Below the pieces are notes generated by a model. It saw only the letters and a list, made by a program, of their open reading frames with translations. It had not been told where the DNA came from and made no database searches. Shown here in pieces: positions 33,515-43,900 of a stretch of 64,000 bases of DNA; the stretch's first letter is position 1, and the number at the start of each line of letters is the position of its first letter. Both the position numbers and the translations under genes were made by a program. The DNA lies in contig CM059432.1 of assembly GCA_030390025.1 (NCBI GenBank), forward strand, positions 98,830,001 to 98,894,000, given 5' to 3'. This DNA is from Squalus acanthias. Its lineage: Eukaryota.

Positions 33515-35418
33515 AGCCCAGGCTGCAAGATTCTCAGTTCAGCTCAGCTCAGCTCAGTTCAGTTCAGTTCAGCTTGGTGCTTGGTGCTGTGTGAATGGGT
33601 GAGCTCCACACCCCGGCTGCTTGCGGGGAATGCTAGTGTGGAGGGCCCAGTGCAGAAGGCCCGGGGAGGAAAGGCTGTGAGATTCTCAACTCAGCTCAAC
33701 TCAGTGCTGTGTGAACGGGCTGCTCCACACCCCGGCTGCTCGCGGGGCATGCCGGTGCGGAGGGCCCGGTCAGAAGGCCCAAGGTGGAAGACCCGGAGGA
33801 GAGTGGCCTAGGCAGGAGGCCCAGCACGGAGAACCCCAGGCGGGGGGGCCCAGGGCGAGGCAGCTGGTCGGCAGAGGTGGAGTCGGGAGATGCGGTTGGT
33901 GAGCATTGCTGCACTGGTTCTAAAAGTTGCAGAATGATCTCGGGCCTGAATGAGTTCCAACGGCCCAGCATGTGCTCTGTCTGGCGGCAGCTGTGAGGCT
34001 TTTTCTTGGTCATGGGACCAGTTTATGCGTCGCCATATTGGCGGGGGAATGACAAACTGTTTCCATCTGTAATGTGGCGCGTGAGCGGTTACAAGATGGA
34101 AAATGTGAAGGGTTAAAAGACGGAAAATAAAAGGAAAGTAAAAGACAAAGCAAAGTAATATCGGTAAGGAATGATGAGTATTCTTTGATGGTTGGGTCCT
34201 GTGAGCGATAACAGCAAGCAGAAGAAGATTTGAGTGTTCGGTCTTTTACGGGATTTCAGGAAGTGGATGGCTTCTTTTTCCATGGAAGGGCTGAAGACTG
34301 TGGACAAGGACTATGACTTTACATGGTTCGACAACATCAAATGATATTCGTTAATGGATTGCCAATAGGACTGGCGTAGAACTGGTATTTAATTGTTTTG
34401 TTGGGAAGGTTTCAGGTTTTCTGTTTGAAAGCAGTTTACTTGAAGCTTAATTGATTTTCTGATAAGAACTGTGGGAATTTGCACATGGTGATGTATTGGT
34501 GGTTATGTAGGAATTTACTTTGAGGTTATTGTCTAGTGTTGGTGTGTTTGAAAAGATAAAGTAAATTAATATTGGTAATTTATTGAACGAACGGACGCTC
34601 GAGTGAACGAACGGATGAACGATTCGAACGAACGCATTCATGCATATTGGAACTTACACTCGATCAAACGAATGATCACTTGTGCAGTGATAGAATGAAC
34701 GATTCGCGCGAACGCACGCAGGCGCGCACTTAGACAAATGCTACGCACGCACGCATTCAGACATGCATATTGGAACTTACACTCGATCAAACGAACGACC
34801 TCATGGGGTAGTGGTCGAACGAACGATTCGCGCGAACGCACGCAGGCGCGCACTTAGACAAATGCTACGCACGCACGCATTCAGACATGCATATTGGAAC
34901 TTACACTCGATCAAACGAACGACCTCATGGGGTAGTGGTCGAACGAACGATTCGCGCGAACGCAAGCATGCACATTGGAACTTACACTCGAGTGAACGAA
35001 TGATCGCGTGGTGAACGATCAAACGAACGATAATCGAGCGAACGCATACAAGCGCGCACTTAGACAAATGATACGCACGCACGCACTCATACATACATAT
35101 TGGAACTTACGCTCAATTGAACGAACGAACGCTTGAATGAACGAACGAACAATTGAATGAATGATCAAATTATCGAACGAACAATGCCAGTAGGACTGGC
35201 GTAAAACGAGTTTTTTTTCTTGGTTTATTGGAATAAGTGTTATCTGTAGCATTTAATTGGATTATGATGGTGCTATGTGTTTGTACACTGTGGTGTTGAA
35301 ATGGTTTTTGTTTTATGTGGAGTTAACTTTGAGATTTATTATTTTAAATCTAAAAAGTTGTGTGATATTGTTTAAGAGTATTTGTACTGTAAACATTATT
35401 GATTATTTGTAAAAAAAA
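33515..35418 (+). mobile_element. Unclassified 1.9-kb poly(A)-tailed non-coding insert flanked by a 14-bp direct repeat (copy 2: 52998-54900)
   Basis: AATGACAAAATCGA at 33501-33514 and 35419-35432; A-run at 35411-35420; two ~150-bp GC-rich 5' monomers; T/G-rich 3' region. Confidence 0.55.
34585..35185 (+). repeat. CpG-rich tandem array, ~124-bp period, built on GAAC/GCAC motifs (copy 2: ~54067-54667)
   Basis: TGGAACTTAC(A/G)CTC at 34648, 34771, 34895, 34976 and 35101 (spacings 123, 124, 81, 125). Confidence 0.9.
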
Positions 35419-35949
35419 AATGACAAAATCGAAATCCATAAAGCTGTTTTTTAAGGCTTTATTGTTTATTGTGATCAAGGAATGAAAAGGTTTACTATGT
35501 AATTGATGAGTTGTATAAGTACTATTGTACTTGAATAAAAGATTAATGACAAAATCGAGCCCTCTGTGTCTACAACAAAACAGGCCACAAGGTTGTAGAA
35601 CGACTTTTGGCAGCTAAAGGGGAGGAGTCAAACCTTTGAAGTTCTGAAATACTGGATGCAAAGTAAGACGTGAAATGTGACCAAGTGGTTAACTGCCACT
35701 TTTGTAAACTTTTATGTGTGAATGAACAATTTTGGGCTTTGATAAAGGCAGCTAACGGATAGCCACACAGGATGTGTGAGTGTGAAAGTTTTACAGCTCA
35801 AACAACTTAGGTCGAATATTAAAAGAACATTTCACAATCTCTGAATGATTGATTTACTGAAAAAGGCAAGGACAACTGTATAAAAAACCAGTGACTAAAA
35901 ATATCAGCACTGCAGTCGGAAGGCGGGGCCTGGCTGATCATCCCAACTC

Positions 35950-36137
35950 GAAGAGCTGCAGTCGGAAGGCGAAAAGCTGCAGTCGGAAGGCGAAGAGCTG
36001 CAGTCGGAAGGCGAAGAGCTGCGGTCGGAAGGCGAAGAGCTGCGGTCGGAAGGCGAAGAGCTGCAGTCGGAAGGCGAAGAGCTGCAGTCGGAAGGCGAAG
36101 AGCTGCAGTCGGAAGGCGAAGAGCTGCAGTCGGAAGG
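35950..36137 (+). repeat. 21-bp minisatellite GAAGAGCTGCAGTCGGAAGGC x ~9 inside the LTR (copy 2: 55432-55619)
   Basis: Directly visible near-perfect tandem copies. Confidence 0.95.
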
Positions 36138-37914
36138 ACGTGGCCTACAATCAATGCTGGACTGATAATCTGCGGGTGGTTGTATGTATGATTTCCTGTA
36201 ACATTATTGGTGTGCTGCTCAAACAGTGGTTGGGGTTTTGAACCTGTCTTGGGAACAATAAAATATTAAAGACAGAACCCGTGTGTCTGGTGTAATTTCT
36301 CATTTGTCTCAAGTCCGAACTCTATAACCTGTTGGACGGGGTGAGGGGCAATTCCGCTCGTCCTACATGTGCCAACCTGGGGAAGCTGCAACACAGGACT
36401 ACATGCATGCTAAACAGCAGAAGCAGCATGCTATAGACAGAGATAAGCGATACCACAATCAACAGATCAGATCAAAGCTCTGCAGACCTGTCATATCCAG
36501 TCGTGAATGGTGGTGGACAATTAAACAACTAATGGTAGGAGGAGGCTACATGAATATCCCCATCCTCAATGATGGCAGAGTCCAGCACGCCCGTGCAAAA
36601 GACAAGGCTGAAGCATTTGCAACCAGCTTCAGCCAGAAGTGCCAAGTGGATGATCCATATCAGCTTCCTCTTGAGGACCCCGCCATCACAGAAGCCAGTC
36701 TTCAGCCAATTCGAATCACTCCACACCAACCTCAATACAGCCTTGGTCCAAGCATGGACAAAGGAGCTGAATTCCAGAGGTGAGGTGAAAGTGAATGCCC
36801 TTGACATCAAGGCAGCATTTGACGGAGTGTGGCATCAAGGAGCCCTAGTAAAATTGAAGTCAATGGGAATCGGGGGGGAAAACTCTCCACTGGCTGGAGT
36901 CATACCTAGCACAAAGGAAGATGGTTGTGGTGATTGAAGGTCAATCATCACAGCCCCAGGACATCGCTGCAGGAGTTCCTCAAGGCAGTGTCCTAGGCCC
37001 AACCATCTTCAGCTGCTTCATCAATGACCTTCCCTCCAACATAAGGTCAGAAATGGGGATGTTCGCTGATGACTGCACAGTGTTCACTTCCATTCGCAAC
37101 TCCTCAGATAATATAGCAGTCCATGCCCGCATGCAACAAGAACTGGATGACGTTCAGGCTTGGGCTGATAAGTGGAGGTAACATTTGCACCACAGAAGTG
37201 CCAAGCAATGACTATCTCCAACAAGCGAGAGTCTAAACACCGCCCCTTGACATTCAATGGCATTACCATCACCAAATCCCCCACCATCAACATCCTGGGG
37301 GTCACCATTGACCAGAAACTTAACTGGACCAGCCACATAAATACTGTGGCAACAAGAGCAGGTCAGAGGCTAGGTATTCTGTGGTGAGTGTCTCACCTCC
37401 TGACTCCCCAAAGCCTTTCCACCATCTACAAGGCACAAGTAAGGAGTGTGATGGAATACTCTCCACTTGCCTGGATGAGTGCAGTTCCAACACCATTCAA
37501 GAAGCTCAACATCATCCAGGACAAAGCAACCCATTTGATTGGCATCCTTTCTACCACCTTAAACATTCACTCCTTCCACCACCGGCGTACCGTGGCTGCA
37601 GTGTGTACCATCTACAAGATGCACTGCAGCAACTCGCCAAGGCTTCGTCGGCAGCACCTCCCGAACCCGCGACCTCTTCCACCTAGAAGGACAAGAGCAG
37701 CAGACGCATGGGAACACCACCACCTCCAAGTTCCCCTCCAAGTCACACATCATCCTTACTTAGAAGTGTATCACCGATCCTTCATCGTCGCTGGGGCAAA
37801 ATCCTGGAGTTCCCTACCTAACAGCACTGTGGGAGTACCTTCACCACACGGACTGCAGCGGCTCACCACCACCTTCTCAAGGGCAATTAGGGATGGGCAA
37901 TAAATGCTGGCCTT

Positions 37915-40900
37915 GCCTGCTACATTTACCACATCATATCTCAAATTACTCACATACTGTATCCTAAAAAGTTATTTTCTGAAAGAAATCTATCTAATGT
38001 GCAAAGCTAGACAGTTGTCTCCCCTCTACCATGCTTTTTAAAATTTAATTATCAATTCAACAAATTTCCAGTTTTTATATTTGTTAATATCTGGCAATAC
38101 CTGTCCGTCCTCTCAAATCCACAAATAATCTGAGGTAGCAACTGTTAAGAAAACCCCTTCCCATGAAAAATGAGAACTGCACATAAAAAAACCAAAGAAC
38201 CATAGCAAGTCCAGTTAGATCGCATGAAGCGCAGTGACACTTTTAAAGTAATCAAATAAATGTGATGGAGAAGCCTATTAGTCTATAAGCACTGACGGGG
38301 GAAAAAAGTCCTCTTATATGATTGGTCCCTTTTACACACAATGGGGCCAATTTTGATATTACCCCTTTCATTCGGCAAGAGGCAGGCAGAGTGAGCCTGC
38401 TGCCCACACGATGAAAGTGATTGGAGATTGCCAGGCGTCATTGCCATATTCACACCGAGCTGCCCATGCATTCAGAGCAGCTCACCATTGGAGGTAGGAG
38501 TTGAGGGAATTCCACAAATTGCTGCAAGGAGCCGAGCGGTCGTGGAGAGGCAATCATGGGGCGGGGGCCTGCTGAGGTTCGGGAATTGGCCAGGTACTTC
38601 ATGTACAGCCAGGTGGAGCCACGTTTGTGGAACAGACTCCAGCAGCCCTTTAAGGACAGCATGGCATAGTCTTCCCCTTGGTACTTGAAAATTGCATTGA
38701 GTTTCTATTGGCATTTTAGGGCCTCGATTTGCACTGTATAACAAAGCAACTGTCTGTTTCTGCTGGGCACCTTAGCCTCCTATTTGAAAGTCCCAGTCAA
38801 AATAGTAGGTGGAACAATGGTGGGATTAGTGCAATTTTTGAGTACACTATCGTCCCATTCCCACCTGAAACCGGGGATGAAAATCAGAGCCATGGAGTTT
38901 CAACGAGATGGAATACTGCACATTATGGGAACACTGAAAAAAACGCTACAAAATATCAAAGAACTAAAATCAAAACTTCACCACTGTACAAGCTGTGCAA
39001 CGCAAAGTTAGGTCACTTCGTAAAACCGTGTCTGAGATGGTTTGCTTCTTGCTGACAGAACATTTTCCCTCAAAATTGTCAATTCTATTCAGCACAGAGA
39101 AAAGTCCCATTGGGAGAATTGGCTACTTTTTCAGCAATCACACAGAAACGGATGCAACGACTCTGGTGGGGGAATAGTTCCTCTACCTTTGTCTGCTCAC
39201 TGAATCCACCTCCTGCACAGTATCAAGAATTTCCATATCAGTCAGCAATCGAGATGTCAGGATATCAACTTCAACAATGGATCCAAAACTCAAGTCTTTT
39301 GGCAGTTACAAAAGGGGAGTCACGTACTCAACAAAGCTCGTTGCTTCAGAATTGACCATGAGTGCCTGTGTGGGACCCTGGACTATTTCAGATACAGCTG
39401 CTGGTGGCATTAGTTTACAGTGCCAGAAACAGTTGGCAATAGATTTGCTTTCAGCTCCTCCTATGATAAATGGATTTTGTAGATTATCTGCAGATAATCA
39501 ATCAAAATGGTACACGCGTAGCAATAACATTTTGCACCAAACATTTATTCTAGCGATGTTAAACTTCTGCATCACCACTTTCGTTGGTTTTTTGTTCCCT
39601 TCAATTTTCTTCCATGATCTTTCCTCTCGTCTCTCCTGAAGATCTTGACTTCCTCGCTGGGATACATTTCCATCAGTGGCAGTGGTTCAGCGAGTGTCAG
39701 CAGGCTATGTAACCTGGACAACATCAAAGCCCAGAATGATCCTGCGCTCATCCTTTATCTATCCACCCAAATTTCCAGTAGGGGGTCAATAAATAGCAAG
39801 CAGGTATGAGAATCCTGACTGATGCGACCTACTTTGATCCATCCGGGGTACTGCGGGCAATTACATAGGATATACAGCACAGAAACAGGCCATTCGGCCC
39901 AACCAGCCCATGCCAGTGTTTATGCTCCACTTGAGCCTCCTCCTGTCTTTCTTCATCTAAATCTAAATCTATCAGCATAACCCTCTGTTCCCTTTTCCTT
40001 CATATGCTTGTCTAGCCTCCCCTTAAATGCATCTATACTATTCGCTTCAACCACTCCCTGTGGTAGCGAGTTCCACATTCTCACCACTCTTTGGGTAAAG
40101 AAGTTTCTTCTGAATTCCCTATTGGATTTCTTGGTGACTATCCTATATTGATGGCCTCTAGTTATGCTCTTCCCCACAAGTGGAAACATCATTTCTGTAT
40201 CCACTTTATCAAAATTTTTCATAATTTTAAAGGCCTCTATTAGGTCACCACTCAGCCTTCTTTTTTCTCTCACTGCTGGCCCGGCTAAAATAAATTAATG
40301 TTCTTAATGTGAGCCATCACCAGATATCGTTCAATACCTTCGCTTCAGCCTGAATTTAATACTTAGTTCCATATGATAGAAACAATATAAATCTGAAGGG
40401 TTTTTGCTGAGAGACAAAGACAGCAAAGGACATGCCCGGCTAATCCCAAAAACTTCAGTAAAATAATTTACAAGACCTAGAGGAATGAAGGAGATATTTC
40501 AGCAGTTGAAGCAATAAATGTGATCTGCATTAACTTAAACTCATGGTATTGCAGGACTTTAATGGAATGTTTAACATTTGATATTTTGTGGATACAATTT
40601 GCATCTTAATATTTAATCTTCATAGTTTAATGCATAATATTTGTGAGGTAATGTTTATTGCATAAAGACTAGCAATTAGTATTTAATGCATTAGTATTTA
40701 AGAAGGTTTACTGGTTAATATTTAATATTATTCAATATTTGATGACTTATTTTTAATATTTAATACAAAGCTTTAGGTCATTTCAGCTAACTATTTAAGA
40801 TATAGTAAGAGAGCATTATTCAACTTCTGTAATTCAAAACTAACAAAATCATAGAAAAATGTGTAGATTCTGAAATTGCAATTTCATTATCTGGTATATA

Positions 40901-43900
40901 ATTATACAGATTCAGCCTGTGGGCCACTAATTGGCCCCCCTAACTATCTGGATATGATCATCTATCACATTGCATGCTTTTGGTTACATTCCTTTTCCAG
41001 TAATTGAGGATATTTGCTCCTAACATCATTTTACGACATCGGCGAGTGATTTTCTTTCGCTCTATTTCATCTACTTATGGTAATGGGTCTTGGTAATTTC
41101 TCAGATAACAAAAAAAATGTTGTTAGAGGAAGGTATAAAATAAGGAAAACCAGCTCCCAAAGAGTGTTTACACAGACTTAGTTCTGAGTAGAGACCCTAA
41201 GTTCTCACACAAGCTAAAAGATAGAAATGGAACTGTGCTTCTCATATTCTGTCACATCTGTAAGGCTGCTCAATGTAATCAAAATAAAACATTCTCTCTT
41301 TTTGTCTTGCCAGTGTGGCAAGACAAATTGTAGGCACTGGAGGATTAAATAAGTGATATTGGCAGAGATTATGAAAAGGTGATGTAAGGAATATGTGAGG
41401 ATTTCCCTACTTAATACAACAAAAACAACTTGTATTTATATAATGTAGTAAAACCTCCCAAGGCGCTTCACAGGAGCGTTATAAAACAAAATTTCACACC
41501 AAGCCACATAAGGAGAAATTAGGACAGATGACCAAAAGCTTGATCAAAGAGGTAGGTTTTAAGGAGCATCTTAAAGGAGGAAAGAGTGTTAGAGCGATTA
41601 AAATCAGGGGTGCTCAAGAGGGCAGAACTAAAGGAGCGCAGATAGCTCAGGGGGTTGTGGGGCTGGAGGAGATTACAGAGATAGGGAGGGGCGATGCCAT
41701 GGAGGGATTTGAAATACGAGCAGAATGTGCCCTCAAGGATTTCTCTCTGACATCAGTGAAATGTATCCTTTTCTATTTGTTTCACTGAGATGTTAGGCAG
41801 CCAAAACATGGTGGAGGAGCTGTTTAAGATAGAATTATAATATTTTTTCCTACTAAGTTACTCATGAGATGCTAATCGTGTTAAATATGCTTCCGCCAAC
41901 AGTTTCCTTGTCCTTTCATGAAGCTGCTTGTTTTTGTTTTGTCACTTATTTTGGACCTGCTACTCATTTAAAGTGTTACCCATCCTCTAGAACAGAATAC
42001 GTCCACCTCCATAATATCGCCCATCACCACCAGTGTTCCCTGTAAGCTGCGCTTCGTTCTGCGCAGCCTGTTTCTTTCAATGCGCGGTCCCTTTAAATAT
42101 CTGTGCATGCGCAGTATTTCCAATGTAAAAGCTTGTGAGTGGCCTACACAGGACCTTGCAGATCACTGCCCGGCCGCTTAGAGGGAACATTGGTCACCAC
42201 CCCTGTCTCAGTCCGCTGCTGCTGAAATTCTCATCAATGCTTATGTTACCTCCAGACTCGACTATTCCAATGCTCTCCTGGCCTGCCTCCCACCTTTCAC
42301 CCTCCATAAACTTGACCTCATGCAAAACTCTAGTGCTCGTATCCTAACGCTCAGCATGTCCTGTTCAACCATCACCCCTGTGCTCGCCAACCTATATTGG
42401 CTCCTGGTCCAGTAAAGCATCAAATTTAAAATTCTTATTCTTGTTTTTAAATCCCTCCATGGCCTCATTCTTCCCTATCTCTGTAAACTCCTCCAGCCCT
42501 ACATCCCTCCAAGATCTCTCTGCTCCTCTAATTCTGGCCTTTTGCTCATCCTTGATTTCCATCGCTCCACCATTGGTGGCCGTGCCTTCAGCTGCCTTGG
42601 CTTTCAGTTCTAGAATTTCCTCCCTAAACCCCTCTATCTCTCTTTCCTTCTTTCCTTCTTTTATCACACTCCTTAAAACCTACCTCTTTGACAAACTTTT
42701 TGGTCACCTGTCCTAATGGCTCAGAAATTGCTGGGAAAATAATGGGGAGTTTAATGGCGCATGCCGGTATTAGTGTGTAAACTGTCTAGCAATTTGTGGT
42801 GAGGAAGAGATAGCCCATGAGTTGCGAATCACCACAAATTGCTGGCGATTTGCGCCGCTCTGCCTTTAGCCTCACAAAAACGGGAACTCGCTGTCAACCT
42901 CCTTGTAAGTTTTAAGAAATATCTGCATTTGTGTAGTAAATATGAATTAAACTCGCCACAGCAAGTTAGGGCTGATACTTAACAGAGTAAGAACCCTTTT
43001 ATTGACAACATTTATGTTCCTGCAATGCCACTCAACCTCTCTGGCCCAGAAAGGCAACAATTGAAACTGTGGAGTCTCATTTCTACAGGTAGTAAATTAT
43101 TCTAAGAGGATTTTAAAATGTAAAATTTTAAAGTTAAAAAAAAATAACTTACTTTTCCTTTCTGTCTCTTTTTCTCTCTCTTGTAATCCAATTTTTCTTT
43201 CCCTCTCTTTATTTCTCTTCCTGTATCTAATTGGACTTTAATTCACCCTATTTCATAGAGTTATAGATTTATTCAGCACAGAAAGAGGCCCTTCGGCCCA
43301 TCATATCCGCGCCAGCCATCAAGCCCTGTCTATTCTAATCCCATTTTCCAGCACTTGGTCCGTAGCCTTGTATGCTATGGCATTTCAAGTGCTCATCTAA
43401 ATGCTTCTTGAATGTTGTGAGGGTGCCTGCCTCTACCACCCTTTCAGGCAGTGAATTCCAGATTCCAACCACACTCTCGGTGAAAAGGTTTTTCCTCAAA
43501 TCCCCTCTAAACCTCCTGCCCCTTATCTTGAAACTATGCCCCCTGGTTATTGACCCCTCTAGTAAGGGGAAAAGTTCCTTTCTATCTACCCTATCTATGC
43601 CCCTCATAATTTTGTACACCTCAATCAGGTCCCCCCTCAGCCTTCTCTGCTCTAAGGAAAACAACCCCAGCCTGTCCAGTCTCTCTTCATAGCTGAAGCA
43701 CTCCAGCCCAGGTAACATCCTGATGAATCTCCTCTGCACCCTCTCCAATGCAATCACATCCTTCCTATAGTGTGGCGACCAGAACTGCACACAGTATTCC
43801 AGCTGTGGCCTAACTAGCATTTTGTACAGCTCCATCATAACCTCCCTGCTCTTATATTCTATGTCTCAGCTAATGAAGGCAAGTATCCCATATGCCTTTT

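Larger units (their letters stand above)
32771..35562. mobile_element. Harbinger-type MITE (~750-bp body) with two inserts in its right TIR (copy 2: 52254-55044)
   Basis: 13-bp perfect TIR GGGCTCGATTTTG / CAAAATCGAGCCC; no clean TSD. Confidence 0.7.
32443..36367 (+). mobile_element. Solo LTR (32443-32770 plus 35563-36367) interrupted by a MITE (copy 2: 51926-55849)
   Basis: TGTAAG...CCTACA termini; TSD GGTG/TGTG; removal restores LINE ...ATGAGGTGCCAACC; TATAAAA ~35879 and AATAAA ~36257. Confidence 0.8.
18441..37914 (+). repeat. Tandem segmental duplication, copy 1 (19,474 bp)
   Basis: Sequence and ORF track repeat at an offset of 19474-19483. Confidence 0.97.
30936..37917 (+). mobile_element. 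APE-RT LINE (CR1/L2-group-like) with tRNA-like 5' head, multiply interrupted, cut by the duplication junction (copy 2 starts ~50419 and continues to 58685)
   Basis: EN ORF 31474-32013 (NIWGL, PDIVILTE, YRPP, GDF); RT motifs LDIKAAFDGVWH, GVPQGSVLGP, FADD; tail GGGCAATTAGGGATGGGCAATAAATG. Confidence 0.85.

Noticed and set aside
34360..34390. Helitron 3' end (hairpin plus CTRR)
   Set aside because: The second hairpin copy lacks CTRR and no matching 5' TC end was identified; the TSD plus A-run fits retroposition better.
34585..35185. CRISPR-like repeat/spacer array
   Set aside because: Inter-repeat segments are homologous or identical to each other, there are no cas genes, and the context is vertebrate.
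35819..36241. ORFs with LPTAALR / KAKSCSR heptad repeats
   Set aside because: Translations of the 21-bp minisatellite inside an LTR.
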